DNA of 64,000 bases from the human T2T-CHM13v2.0 reference genome, Homo sapiens. The number at the start of each line of letters is the position of its first letter. Positions within the stretch are counted from its first letter, which is position 1. Below are positions 16,030 through 31,685 of this stretch, in pieces. The position numbers were made by a program, and so were the translations under genes. Where the stretch lies: the NCBI RefSeq assembly GCF_009914755.1, contig NC_060928.1. One strand, given 5' to 3'. The notes beneath the pieces were generated by a model. The model made no database searches and was not told the DNA's origin. It saw only the letters and a program-made list of their open reading frames with translations.

Positions 16030-16400
16030 TATATTAATTTTCTATTGCTGCATAAGAAATTACCACAAACTTAGCAGCTTAAAACAGCACCCATTTATTA
16101 TCTCACAGTTGTATAAATTAGAAGTTCCGGAGTTGCTCAAATGGGTTCTCTGCTCTGAGTCTCACATTCAAGCTGTTAGACCAGCTAAGTTCTTATCTGG
16201 AAGTTCTGAGGAAGAAAGTGCTTCCAAGTTCATTCAGGCCATTGGCCAAATTCAGTTCCTTGCAGCTGTAGAATTGAGATTCCTGTTTTCATGCTGGCTA
16301 CTGGCCAGGGGTTACTCTCAGCTCCTGGAAGTTGTTCTAGGGTCCTGGACACCAACTCTCTCCATCTTCAAGCCAGCAATGGGGAATCTCCCTCACATGT
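16030..16400 (-). mobile_element. MLT1 LTR fragment
   Basis: ttttctattgctgcataagaaattaccacaaacttagcagcttaaaacagcac...atttattatctcacagtt. Confidence 0.75.
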
Positions 16401-17942
16401 AAGAATGTTGACATCTACTTGCTTCTTTTTCCATTTCCCAACTTTCCCAGAGCTGAAATACATGTGCTGACCTCATTCATCTGGGGTCAGTAGCTCAGTC
16501 CTGTCACAGGGCCAGCTTTCTGATTTGCTTAATGGAACCAAGCAAACAAAATCTCTGTTTCACAGCAGCTGAGTTGTTATCTCCCTGCACCTTCTGGGTT
16601 CAAATAGTCATTCAGCCTTGGCATCTACTCTCAGGCCCTAGGCTCCATGTCCCCAATATTCAATGAGGAGGAGGTTAACTTCTATGGGTCACAATGCCTG
16701 TCCTCTTTCATTTCTTCTCAAAATGTCTTTTCTCCTTTTTTCTTTCCTTCTCATAAAGATAAATGTAGTCACTCATATCACTGTTCTCAGCAAGTAATAA
16801 ATTTAGAGATCATCTCTATAGAACATTGCTATAAAACAACTTAATTAAGTCCATAGTATATAATTTAGGACTAAAGGATTTAGAGTTCTACAAATTCTAG
16901 TCAAAATTTATTATATATTAGAAAGAATTAATATTAACTTTGTTTAGAGAAATTTATAACAACATTACAAAACCCTCTGAAAACGCTTAAGATGAACTCT
17001 CTTTCCTCTTCTCCCACTGGGTGGTTGTAAAATTAATATCATGCAAAAAATACTACACGCTTTATAAGCAAACATTTGTTTTTTGTTTTTTGGGTTTTTT
17101 TTGCTTTATTTTTTATGTAAATTTACACTTCTAAAACAAAAAGCATTCAGAGAGTAGTATCACTAATTGCTTGTCACATGTGGATATTTGTTGTGACACG
17201 TGTGGAATTCCATCTTAATAGTTACTGAGAGTGGAATTAGCACAAGGATTTATGAGTTGGATTATAGAAATTGTACATATACAAGGGGACAAGGAGAAAA
17301 AAAATAGGAGACAGAAGGAGAGGTGGGAAAAGAAAAGAGGAAACAACAGAAGCCATGAAGAAGAGATATAGAGAACATTAGCATGCCATAAAAAAGATCC
17401 AAAAATAATGGAATCATCATGCCTTGAATAATCAACTAATAATATTTGTTGGATCAGGCAGTTTTAAGATGTTCTGTTTGTATATCTAGGGATATACACA
17501 AGAAGAAAATATAATTATAAGACTGTCAGGTCAGAGCTTTAAGAAATCTTCATATTAAACCAAAATTTCTTTGGTCTGAGTCCCAGGGTTTGGTCTGAGA
17601 ATCCAAGAATAAATGTAATAAAGGGAATTTCAGAATCCACAGTCAATGTGGCGCTGTCTTTTATATTTATCTTCGTGTATAGTTAACAGTATTATTCCAA
17701 AGAGTGGAAATCATGCTTTTTTAGACAAAATAAAAATCTGTGTGGTTTGCTGACATGGTAATGTGATTATAGTTCCTGAAGAATGAAAATTACACAAGGT
17801 CAGTACCATCCTTTGACAGAAATTGTATCCTAACTATTCTCAGAAGAAACTAGAAGTAGAGACAGATTCTTTAATATTTTCCTTTCTTTTTTCAATCATG
17901 CATAGATCTGTCATTTTTCACAAGCCTCATGTGTCATTTTGA

Positions 17943-18330
17943 TGTAAGCTTGCTAGCGAGGGCTGCCATACCTAAGTACTACAAACTGGGTGGCTTAAGC
18001 AACAGAAATTTATTTCCTCACAGTTCTGGAGACTACAAGTCTAAGACAGAGGTGTTGACAGGGTTCCTTCTGAAGGCTCTTCCTCTTGGCTTGTAAATGA
18101 CTATCTTCTTCCCATGTCTTTACATGGTCTTCTTCTATGTATATCTGTGTCTTAATCTCCTCTTCTTATAAGGACACCAGTTATGTGAGATTAGAGTCCA
18201 TTCTGATGACCTTACTTTGCCTTAATTCTCTCTTTGAAAAGCTTGTCTCCAAATATAGTCACATTTTGAAGTACTAGGGGTTAGGATTTCCACGTATAAA
18301 TTTGAGGGGAACATAGTTCAGCTCATAACA
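17943..18330 (-). mobile_element. MLT1B/C-like solo LTR
   Basis: agggctgccata...ctgggtggcttaagcaacagaaatttattt...catagttcagctcataaca. Confidence 0.8.
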
Positions 18331-18448
18331 ATGATCCTTGGAAAAACTTTGCTCCAATCAATGAAATTATCTGTGGATAGAAACCATCTTGAGTGACTGT
18401 TGTTGCCATCTTTAATGCAACTTTCTGCACTAAAAAGACAAAATCCAC

Positions 18449-19023
18449 TGTAGGAGAGGAGAAAACAATTTCTCCTTTACTCTTCAGAGTCCTTAGCTGG
18501 ACCTCCTGCAACAAAAGACAGATTAACAAGAGAAAAACAAACAAGTTCACTAACATGTATATTTCATATATACATGAGAGAGAACTAAAGGAAAGAGTAA
18601 CTCTCAAAAAGATGGCTTAGAACTTCAGCTTATATAGCATCTTCAACAAAGTACAATACAATTTCAGAGAAGTGACAAGAAAAAGGAAAAGGACTTTGAG
18701 TGTCTAGATGTGGCATATTGTGGAAAAGCAATTATATGGGAAACCAATAGTAGGTAGAACAGTTGGTAAAGTTTGCTGTATAGATTTCTCTTGTGCCATC
18801 TCCAGGCTGATAAGGGTCTAAAGTCATCTCCACTGATCAAACTTTGTCATTCCTGGTAGAGAGGTAAAGAGGTACATCTTTGTATATTTATTTCCTGATT
18901 TTAGGCAAATAGGGAGAGGGCAGACAGCTTTTCTTGTTTGTGCTTCTTCTCAATTCCCTTCAGCTCAAGATAATCCTTATGCCAAAGTCGAATTCTGGGG
19001 GTAGCATATTCTCCTGCCCTTCA
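18449..19023 (-). mobile_element. ERV1 solo LTR, MER34/MER39-like
   Basis: TG...CA ends, perfect TSD ccac; cagctcaagataatccttatgccaaag near the right end. Confidence 0.82.
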
Positions 19024-19337
19024 CCACCAAGGTTTTCACAAGGAAAATCTCTGAAAGAAACAAAATAGGCAAATTAACAAGCAAACCCTAATTTGTTCTC
19101 CTCAAGTTTTATCTTCTACTTATGACTTTCTCACATTAATTCAGATGCTTCTATCATGGCATACACTAAGTAGACATTTGTACCCCTATTTTATTTCTGT
19201 GTGTTTGTTTCTTTAAAGCTTTCTTAATTTACTGCCTTTAATAAAAAAAATTGTTAAACATTGAATAATGTATAGATCATAGCTATAAACTCAGGATAGT
19301 TCTTAAAAAGCCTAGCCAACGGATTATCAAAACCAGT

Positions 19338-19720
19338 TGTTATGACTTGAACAGTTGTCCCCTCCAAACCTCATGTTGAAATATAATCCCTAATGTGGCA
19401 ATGTTGAGGGGTGGGGCCTTTAAGAGGTAACTGGTTCATCAGGGCTTGGTCATCATGAATAGAATAATCCATTCATGGATTAATTAACTTTATAAGAAAA
19501 AGGAGAGAGACTTGAGCTAGCATGCTTAGCCCTCTCACCATGTGATACCCTACACTGCCTCAGGAATCTTCAGAGTCCCTACCAGCAAGAAGGCCCTCAC
19601 CAGATGCAGCTCCTCAACATTGTACTTCTTAGCCTCCAAAGCTGTAAATAAATTCCTTTTGTTTATAAGTTACTCATTTTCAAGTATTCTGTTATAAGCA
19701 ACAGAAAATAGACTGAGACA
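19338..19720 (+). mobile_element. MaLR solo LTR (MST family)
   Basis: tgttatgacttgaa...tcccctccaaacctcatgttgaa ... gcaacagaaaatagactgagaca; TSD ccagt/ctagt. Confidence 0.85.
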
Positions 19721-19789
19721 CTAGTGTTTAAATTCTACCTTGGCTACTCACATAATGTTAGGTTGCCAACTATTTACTTCATCCTGTGA

Positions 19790-20620
19790 AGTAAATGTGT
19801 TCAATTTGATGAGTTTGAACATATGCAAATACCTATGATGTCATCCTACAATCAAGGTGATAGACAAATCTAACACCTCTCAAAGTTTCCTTATGTCTCT
19901 TTGTTTTCATTTTTGTTGTTTTTGTTTCTGAGGTAAGAACAATTAACGTGAGATCCACCCACTTAATACATTTTGAAGTGCCCAATACCATACTGTTAAC
20001 TATAGGCACCATATTATACAACAGATCTCTAGAACTTATTTTCCCACATAACTGAAACTTTATATCAATTGAACTCTCCCTTTCCCTACCCCAGCCCCTG
20101 GCATCCACTATTGTACTCTCTGCTTTGATGAATTTGACTATTATAAATACCTCATATACGTGGAATCATGTCATATCTGTCTTTCTGTGTCTGGCTTATT
20201 TCACTTAGCATGTCCTCTAGGTTCATCCATGTTGTCACAGATGGCAGGATTTCCTTCTTGTTTTAGGGCTGAATTACCCCCCACTGTATATATAGACCAC
20301 ATTTTCTTTATCCATTAATTTGTCTGTGAACACTTGGGTTGTTTCCATATCTTGACTGTTGTGAATAGTGCTGCAATTAATTAACATGGAGGTGCAGATA
20401 TCTCTGCAAGATCCACATTTTAATTCTTTTGGACATGTACTCAGAAGTAGGATTGCTAGATCATATGCCATTTTCATTTTTAATTTTTTGAGGAATCTTT
20501 ATACTGTTTTCCATAGCTGCTGTGCCATTTTACATTCCTACCAACAGCGTAGAAGTGTTGTTTTGTTTTTTGTGAGGTTTTTTTGTTTGGATAATAGTCA
20601 TCCTATTATATATGAGATGA
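19790..20620 (-). mobile_element. L1MA9/L1MB1-like 3' segment
   Basis: ggtaagaaca..aacgtgagatc..., gttaactataggcac, agatctctagaacttatt 3'UTR motifs. Confidence 0.8.
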
Positions 20621-20621
20621 C

Positions 20622-21821
<1,200 letters not shown>

Positions 21822-21938
21822 TCATCTCTTATTCTGTATAATAAGAACAAAGGAACAATAATTCCTCCGTGAGGAAATTGAATAGAAACCTCAAACCTGG
21901 CTGGTTCAGGCATCTGACATTGCCCGACTTTGGCACAC

Positions 21939-21957
21939 TCCTGCCCCCCGGTGGCAA
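21939..21957 (-). promoter_or_regulatory. Candidate CTCF binding motif
   Basis: Minus strand TTGCCACCGGGGGGCAGGA versus CTCF core TGGCCACCAGGGGGCGCTA, in apparently unique DNA. Confidence 0.55.
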
Positions 21958-23060
21958 CTTTTAGACATATGAAGGCAGTGGCAAGGACGAAAACAAAACG
22001 TGAAAACTGTAAAGCAAAAACCATGAGATGCCTTCCTTGTAATGCACACTGGCTTTTTAATTGTTCATTTTCATGCCTCCTCAGGGCATTTTTTTCACTC
22101 CTACTGTATCAATAGTCCGAAGCAAACTATACAGGAAATTTCAGGAGTCATCCAATTACCCTAGAAAAATGATAGTACATTTGTTTTCATTTTTATTTTT
22201 TCTTCTTCTCTATTTTACAAGGATTTGTGGAGAATATCTATGGTTTTGTGACATTAATGTGTCCTTTTTTCTAAGTTGTGATAAAATACACCATAACGTA
22301 GAATTTACCATCTTAACCATTTTTAAGAGCATATTTTAATGGCATTAAGTATATTCACATCATTGTGCTACTTTAAAGAAAAGATCACGTTTTTCTAATT
22401 TAAAAAATAATTATGATTATTGTAAATAGTTCAGAAGGATATTAAAAACAGAAGCAAAAAACTACTCCAAATTTTGCCACCAGAAAAAAAATTATTTTTT
22501 ATTTTGTTGAACAATGTTCATGAATATCTAACCCAAACATTAGCTAAAGTCCTTGCACCTGTAAAAATCAAGTATATTTTGGCTCTGACCCTAAATGCTC
22601 TGCTTCTCCACCTCCATTCTGCGTTTCACCAGCTCTGCATAGAGACCCAGCTGGCCACTGCCCTGTCACTTCACTATGAAGAAGAGTATTTCCTAATGAA
22701 TGTTGTCTGGTAGCATAAGCGGCTAATGCTTAAGACAGCAGTGTGGGCAGCAGAGAAAAGCAGTCTATGGAAAATTCCATCTTATACATCCTGTCCTTCA
22801 AAAATTTCCTAAGCCTTTTCTACTCCAGGGAAATTTTCACTGTATTATATCTTCCACTTACTCCCTGCTGCTGGGCAACCCCCTTCCAACTTCTCTGGCT
22901 GGCATCTAGTCCCAAAATTCCTTTTAGTTTCTTATGAAGAAGAATTCTATCCCTTCCCCACCCATCACAACTATGCTAAAAGGAGCCATATCTTCATAAC
23001 CAAGCACACCTATCTAGCACAATCATTTCAGAGAATTCTGAGGCCATCATTTAAAGAAAC

Positions 23061-23148
23061 AATTAGTTCTCTCACTATATATGCGTAGAATTAGTTCTCT
23101 CTCTATGTATGCATAGAATTAGTTCTTGCTTTACATATGCATAGAATT
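23061..23148. repeat. 28-bp tandem repeat, 3 copies
   Basis: aattagttctctcactatatatgcgtag / aattagttctctctctatgtatgcatag / aattagttcttgctttacatatgcatag. Confidence 0.9.
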
Positions 23149-23398
23149 TTTTATTTAAAAAAGCATCAAACTATCAGGGCTGCCACACTGTAAAATTCTT
23201 GAAGCACTGTTCACATCCCAGTTGTCACAAATGACAGGACTTCCACTAGGATGTGAATGGGACCCACTGAGGTTATGCATCTCTGAGTCTGTATGAAGAG
23301 ATCTCTAATACTACACTTGTTACTTTATAACTCCACTGTATCATGGATATTTTTCCCTGTCACTAAATATGGCTATGTATCATTTCTTTAGTAGCAGT

Positions 23399-24095
23399 TG
23401 TAGGAGACCAGAATATGCCATTCAAAATATGACAGTAGAAGACCAGAATGTGCCACCCCAAAATATACCTTTTTAGCATAAAGATTATTTTGAGCTGATT
23501 ACTCTGAGAAATAGCAGACACACACAGGAGAAGTTCTGAAAACAGAGTAGAGGTTACCCTTTCGTAAGGGAAATTTACATTTAAAAAAGAAATCTCCATT
23601 TGTAGAGGTGTCTCCCTCTCTGTACCAGTAAAGGAAGTAAAATCACAGTAAAATCTTAAGAAGGGAGAGGGCCCTCATTTAAATCTGCATAACAAACCTT
23701 TCCTTTTTTTGAGACAGGGTCTGGCTGTCACTTAAGCTGGTCTCAAACTCCTAGGCTCAAGTGACCCTCCCACCTTGGCCTGTCAAAGTGCTAGAATTAC
23801 ACGTATGAGCCACCGTGGCTAACTTCTTTTTTACCATACTTTTCCTGGTCACCTCCCCATAACTGGGCCTCCTCCAGATCCTCTTGTATTTAGCTAAAGA
23901 TGGTAGTTCAGCTTGCATTCTAAGTCATCTCTCTCCCTGGGTATGTCCCATGTAAACATGAGTTGCACAGGTAATACACATGAGGACATTGTTAATAAAC
24001 TTCTATTTGTTTTCTCTTGTTAATCTGTCTTTTGTTACAGGACGTCCAAGCCAGGAATTTAGGACAGACAGAAAATTATGTTTTGCTCCTTCACA
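23399..24095 (+). mobile_element. ERV1 solo LTR, MER34-like, containing a FLAM-like Alu monomer (23704-23823, minus)
   Basis: tgtaggagaccagaatatgcc start; aataaa...gttaatctgtcttttgttacagg; TSD cagt/ctgt. Confidence 0.82.
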
Positions 24096-24099
24096 CTGT

Positions 24100-24620
24100 G
24101 AAGTATTCCATACTATATAATGTCCCATTGTCTGTAACCAACATATCTAACTAACTCCTTACAATAGGTAATTAGGTTATTTCCAATTTCTCATTATTAT
24201 AAGCAGTGCTATTACTAGCTCCTCAAATATATGCCTTTGTGAAGATACCAGATTATAACCTTAGAATACATTTGTAGATATAAAATAAAGGATATACACA
24301 TTATACATTTTGCCACATACTCCCAACTGCTCTCTTAAGAAGTGCCAGATTTTACTACACAGAGTCCTTTTCCTGTACTCGATTTCCAACGTAGACATTA
24401 TTATATTTTTCTCCTTTTTCAATAAAATGGGCAAAAAAATGACATCTTGATAAATGTGTGTTTTCTGTGGTTACAAGCAAAGTGGAACCTCTGTTTTATA
24501 TATTTATTGGCCATTTGCACTTCTCCATTTGTAAATAACACCTTTATCTTTTGGTCCATTTTTCTATTGGCGGGTTTATCTTTTTCTTGTCAATTTGCAA
24601 GAGCTATTTAAAAATTAGCA
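24100..24620 (-). mobile_element. Old L1ME fragment
   Basis: ttaggttatttccaatttctcattattataagcagtgct; tatttattggccatttgcac. Confidence 0.6.
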
Positions 24621-24801
24621 ACATACTTAAACAATTGTTGGTTTTTATTTTACGTTTTGGAAATTGCCTTTATCTCAAGGGCTGCCCACTGTTAAAGCTA
24701 GACCATGAGACTAAAACTTACTCTTTCAGTGAACTGGTGAATAGGAAGAAGAAACAAAAATCAAATTCCTGACTTGGAGTTCCAAAATAGGCACTTGATA
24801 T

Positions 24802-25010
24802 TGTTACTGGTGGAAGATATCTGAATTACTAGTAGCAAATCCCTACAGGTATGCAGTAACCTCAGTTCTTACCTCCTCAGAAGAAAGGATTCAACTGAGG
24901 GACATAAGGCAGAAAAAGAGACCAAGGCAAGTTTCAGAGCAGGAGTAGAAGTTTATTTTAAAAGGCTTCAGAACAGGAAAGAAAGGAAAGTATGCTTTCA
25001 AGAGACTCCA
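24802..25010 (-). mobile_element. MER4-group ERV1 LTR fragment (MER50-like)
   Basis: ttcaactgagggacataaggcagaaaaagagaccaaggcaagtttcagagcaggagtagaagtttatt. Confidence 0.65.
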
Positions 25011-25206
25011 ATAGACACTGCAGACTACTGTTGGGGAGAGAGGGAGGTGGACAAGGGTTGAAAAACTACCTGTTGGGTATTATGCTCACTACCTCTGTGA
25101 CAGGTTCAGTCATACCCTAAACCTCAGCATCACACAATATACCTTGGTAACAAACCTGCGCATGTACCCCCCGATTCTAAAATAAAAGTTGAAAAAGAAA
25201 ATAAAA
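25010..25206 (+). mobile_element. L1PA15/16-like 3' end
   Basis: gggttgaaaaactacctgttgggtattatgctcactacc...aacaaacctgcgcatgtacccc, then A-rich tail. Confidence 0.8.
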
Positions 25207-25255
25207 GGAGCCTAAGACACTCCCTCAAGTTTTGTATAGCTAAAGGAATAGCTGA

Positions 25256-25550
<295 letters not shown>

Positions 25551-25847
25551 AAGGAAATAGCTGAGAGAGTTTCAGCAGACGAGATGCCATATTAGGTCAG
25601 AAATGTGCCTTCACCAGATAGGATATTGATTATATAAGCCACATGTCATGGCAGAAGCAAAAATATCAGAGGCAAAAACGTGAACAGCAGCTGCAGTGAG
25701 GATAGAGGCTATAAAGCAAAGTACATATTATCAGACCCCAGCAGATGACAACTGGACCAGTTTCCTCCTTCTACCAATGCCAAGGCACCATGTTAACCAC
25801 CTGGAATACAACTGCCATTTAGGGAGAGGGGGCACAAGAAGGGAGGT

Positions 25848-26272
25848 ATATAGATTAGACAAAAAAGTTATCAGTATCAAAATGGAGTCACTGATGTGAA
25901 GCCCTAATAAAAGGGAGCTGGAGGCCATGAAAAAGGGGTCCTCATACATGCATATCTATGCTGGGAACTCTGCAAGGAATTCCTTAAAACTGCAGTATTC
26001 CATATGAGCTGCGTGCCCAAAGACACTTGCCTAACAATGTCTCTGCCAATGAGTTAATGCCAACTATTGCAACAAGCTCCAATAGTCTTGTTCCAAAACA
26101 GCTTCTGTGGACTTCACCTTTCTGTCCTTAAAAGCTTTCCCCTACCCCACCTCCCTTGGATGCACCTATGATCCATCATAGCATGCATATCCTGGATTGC
26201 AATCTCCTGCTACTCTGGAATAAACTCTTTGCTCTGGAAGATCAGTCTCTCTGTTGCTCACTTTAGGTTGAC
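25848..26272 (+). mobile_element. ERV1 (MER4-group) solo LTR, subfamily uncertain
   Basis: aaaatggagtcactgatgt near the start; aataaactc...ctttaggttgac end. Confidence 0.55.
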
Positions 26273-26339
26273 CCAGAAAACGCTGAACCCTGAGAAATCA
26301 CTACATCTAACTAAGTTTACTGGGAAATGACTAGATTAA

Positions 26340-27155
26340 ATGTTTCATTGCCAAAGAAGAAAATTAAAATTTGTGCTAATATTGAATTTTAAATAGAGAA
26401 AGTTATACTTTTAAACACTAAAGTTTCAAAAATAAAATTATTTCCTGGTCCATATTAGTATATATGTTGCCAATATTTTTACTATACTGTAATTTACCTT
26501 TTAACCTTTTGGGGGTTTTGTTGATGGTGTTTTTTGTTTGGTTGGTTTTTGCCTTACAGTGCATGTTTGACTGTATTCCTTTATGCTTTCTGGATTGGGT
26601 ATGATGCTTTGAAAGTTTCCTTTGTTCCCAAATCATAAAAATATCCAACTATATTTTCTTCACTATTCTTAAGGCTTCAATTTTTGTAAGTAACACTTTG
26701 TTCTTGCACTATTGAATATAGATGCATCAATCTATAATTTGATGCATCTAAATTCATTTAAGTACAGAGATAAAAAAAAGAAATCTGGCTTTTTTTCCAA
26801 GTGATCATCAGCTTTCCTAACATAATTCATTAGTTTTATCTTTTCCTTAGTAGAATTAATAACCTCTTCATCATAAATTATATTTCTTTATATATAAAGA
26901 ATTCAGTCTTTATCTGAAACCTGCTTTATCCCATATAGCTACATATTTTAACTGTTAAAGATTCATAACATATTTTAATAAGTGATACCTTCATTAAAAT
27001 TTATTTTAAGAAATTTCCTGGATATTTTCACGTATTTCTTATTTCAGATAAAATTTAGTTTTTCAAGATTCCCCAAAATATATCTCAAGCTTTGTATTCA
27101 ATGAAATTATATATTATTTTTACACTATTGAGTATTTCTATTCAAAATGTTACTA
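26340..27155 (-). mobile_element. Old L1ME fragments
   Basis: Degenerate antisense ORF2-like, AT-rich sequence. Confidence 0.5.
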
Positions 27156-27160
27156 ATTAA

Positions 27161-27909
27161 TGATATGGACAGGAGACAGGGAAATACTGGGTAGAAGAGG
27201 GCAGTTCCCCAGCAAAGGCCCCACCCTCAAGCCTGGAAAACCGCAGCCTTAAATGGAAACAGGCATTCCTGTTTTTGTGCCCAAATGTTGCCTTTTGGCC
27301 CATTATCCCCACCCCCCATCCTACACCCATATAAACCCCAAACCCCAGGCTCCATAAGTATATGAGCAGAAGAGCAGAGGAACAGAAGAGTGGCACCACA
27401 GAGAAGGAGAGAAGAAAAGGAGTGTCTGAATGTCAAGAAGAGTTCGGCTGGGGACGGTCAGAGAGGAGATTGGCTGTGGGACAACTGAACTCCGGGGGAA
27501 GATCATCTTCCCACTCCATCCCCTTTCCAGCTCCACATCCATACTGCTGAGGGCCACCTCCATCCAGCAATAAAATCCCCCACATTTACCATTCTTCAAT
27601 TTGTCTATGTGAATTGATTCTTCCTGGACACCAGACAAGATGGCACAGAGCTGGTAACACTTAAGCCATCTGCAGACAGCAAAGCTAAAAGAACACTGTA
27701 GCATGCCTACTGGGGCTTCAAGAGCTACAGGCACATACCCCTAGACACTACCGTGGGGCTGGAGCCCAAAAACACTTGCCCCAGCTCCTGACCCTGCCTG
27801 TCTGCCTGCTCCCCATCCTGTAAGGGGTTTGAGAGCACAGAAGCTGAACGGACGAGCCACACTCCTGTCATACATCCTGCAAGGGGGATCAGGGAACTCT
27901 CCCATTTCA
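27161..27909 (+). mobile_element. LTR1-family solo LTR
   Basis: tgatatggacaggagacagggaaatactgggtagaagagggc ... gggatcagggaactctcccatttca; flanks ttaa/ttac. Confidence 0.82.
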
Positions 27910-27914
27910 TTACC

Positions 27915-29390
27915 ATATGGAAATTAATAGCTTTCATATGTATAATCAGTAATCAGTTAGAGGATATAAGAATAGAGAAAAGGTGGCCAGGCACAGTGGC
28001 TCATGCCTGTAATCCCAGCACTTTGGGAGGTCGAGGTGGGTGGATCACTTGAACCCAGGATTTTGAGATCAGCCTGGCCAACATGGTGAAACCTCATCTC
28101 TACTAAAAATACAAAAATTAGCCTGGTGTGGTGGCAGACGCCTGTAATCCCAGCTACTCAGGAGGCTGAGGCAGGAGAATCACTTAAACCCATGAGGCGG
28201 AGGTTGCAGTGAGCCAATGTCATGCCACTGCATTCCAGCCTGGGCAACAGAGCAAGACTCTCTCAAAAAAATAAAGAGAAAAGCTCATTTATAATACCAA
28301 CCAAGAAGTTAATATACTTGGGGAAATTTACTGAGAAATATGCAAAACCTACATTAGAAAAACTTTAAAACACTTCTGAAGATATAAAATATAGCTAAAT
28401 AAATAGAAAAATATGATGACTCAACATCTTGAAATGTCAGCTGTCCCTAAGTTGATCTATAAATTTAATGTGATCTCAATAAAAATACCAACAAGCTTGC
28501 TATGTAACTATTGATAGACTATACAATATTGAACTTCATGTAGAAAAATGAACATATAGAATACACAGCACAACACAAAAAATAAAAACTGATGGAGGAA
28601 GGGATGACTAACCCTACCAGGCATTGAAACACTATAGAACTGCTATAATTAAAATAATGTGGTATTGTACATAAATACGCAGACTAGTCAAACAGAAGTT
28701 TTAAAAATAGACTCAAGTACATATTAAACTTCAGTATATGATAAAAATGGCATCTCAAGTCACCACTACAAAAATTGACTTTTTCATAAATGGAGTGAGA
28801 ACAACTGTTTAACCATCTGAGAAAAATCAAAATTAAATTTGCACCTGACAACACACACACATGCGCACGCACACACACACACCTCTAAATGGATTAGAGA
28901 TCTAAATATTAAAAAAAAACCATACAAGTACTAGAAAACATGGTTGAATTCTGCATTAACCTGTAAGGGATAATTTCCAACCATAACTAAAAACACAGAA
29001 GCAGTTTTTAAAAGATTGATACATTTGACTACATTAAAAATCAACAACTACTCATAGCAAAAAAAAAATATCAACTGACAAACTGAGAAAAAAAATCTGT
29101 ATCATATATGTCACAGATAAAGAACTAATATCCTTAATATAGAAGTAACTCTTAAAGGTTAAGAGATAAAATATCAAAAACATGACAGAAAAATGGGCAA
29201 AAGACATGAACGGATGATTCACACACACCAGAAAAAAGATATAAAAATAGCCCTTAAATATATGACAACATTTTCATCCTCATTCGTGATCGAAGAAATG
29301 CAAATTAAAGCAACCACTCTCTTGGCAAGGCTTAGGGTAATAATTATTCTCATATACTGCTGGTGGGAAAGCAAATACAACAGTTAAAAC
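27915..29390 (+). mobile_element. Old L1ME ORF2 fragment containing an Alu and (CA)n at ~28849-28881
   Basis: ctataattaaaataatgtggtattg; aaatgggcaaaagacatgaac; gaaatgcaaattaaa. Confidence 0.7.
27985..28275 (+). mobile_element. AluS
   Basis: Full dimer; TSD agagaaaag(g/c)t. Confidence 0.95.
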
Positions 29391-30351
29391 ACAATAAATG
29401 GGGGGCATCACCTAGTGCTGAGCTTTAATGATAAAAATAAATAAGACACACTCCCTGGCCTTGTATGCACAGTCCCTCTCCCCTGTCTCTGAAAAGCAAA
29501 CAGTGCAGGAGAGGGCTGGGCACATACAGTCTAATTGCAGCGTACTGTGCTAAGTGCCAGAATGTCATGAGAGCAAAGAGGAGAGCATTTAGAGTAGTAG
29601 GAGAGAGTTTCCTGGAGGAAGTGATGCCTAAACCAGTACAAGTGAGTCAGAAGGAAGGAAAGGGGAAGGCAAATGTAAAAAGCCTGCGCTTCATCACATC
29701 AGCAAGGTGGAGCCATTGCAGTATCTCATAAAAAGTTGTGGCACTCAATTCTACAGCAGATATAATCTTGCCAATGGGACAAGAATACCTGATGGCCAAC
29801 AGGCCATCTCTCCTCAACAGTAACAGAGTTGCCCACTTTCACTATCCTTTTTCTAGCTTTCATGACCGACGAGGACTCTCTAAGTGAATGGATGCAACCA
29901 CAATCAGGTTACAGTGACATCTGGCTTACCTACTTGGCCTCTTACGGTCTGATCATTTTGCGATAATATTGAAGTTGTGCCCCCAAAGTGTAATCTGATT
30001 CCAAGGCTCTTGGTGAACACCTCACTAAAGAACCCATCTCAGGGTATAAATCAGGTGATCCTTTCAAATATATTGTACATAGCAAATTGCAGAGAACAAT
30101 GGCTGTTCAACACGAAAACCGCGTAGTAAATTACAGAAACGGTTTAGCAGACAAATGATGAGGGTGCAACTTGGACAATCATGATGGATGCAGAGAGGAG
30201 AAGCCAAAGTGAGCTGACATCACACCTTTCTTCCACACACAGAACAATTACTTCTTTTCATTATAAGGTTTAAGCCTGAAAATATCTTAACCCAGCATTA
30301 AGTATGACAATCAAAATCAAATATCACATATACAATAGGAGGGCTTTATAA

Positions 30352-30839
<488 letters not shown>

Positions 30840-30937
30840 TGAACCTTACGAAATGAAGTGAGCCACATCTCCAGAAATGGCACTCAGTATTTGTTGCAGA
30901 GGAACTGGCAGAGCATTACAAATGTTACAAAACATTA

Positions 30938-31456
<519 letters not shown>

Positions 31457-31636
31457 TCAATTATGCTACTGCAGAAAGGAATTTTTTTCTTTTTTCTTAT
31501 TCATTCTCCTTGACTGTAATCAATCAACATCTTAAAAAATTACTTATCATAATAAACTTTAGTACCTTTATGTTTATAGACAGCTTAAATTAGTTCCTTC
31601 TTTTTAGGTGAGATTCTTCTCTTCTACATTTATGCC

Positions 31637-31685
31637 GTTTTCAACTTAACTTCACCACTTCAACTGGTGAAGTTAAGTTGAAAAC
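31637..31685. repeat. Perfect 21-bp inverted repeat with 7-nt loop
   Basis: gttttcaacttaacttcacca-cttcaac-tggtgaagttaagttgaaaac. Confidence 0.95.

Noticed and set aside
23061-23148. 28-bp repeats as a CRISPR-like array
   Set aside because: Head-to-tail units with no unique spacers, no cas genes, and a mammalian context.
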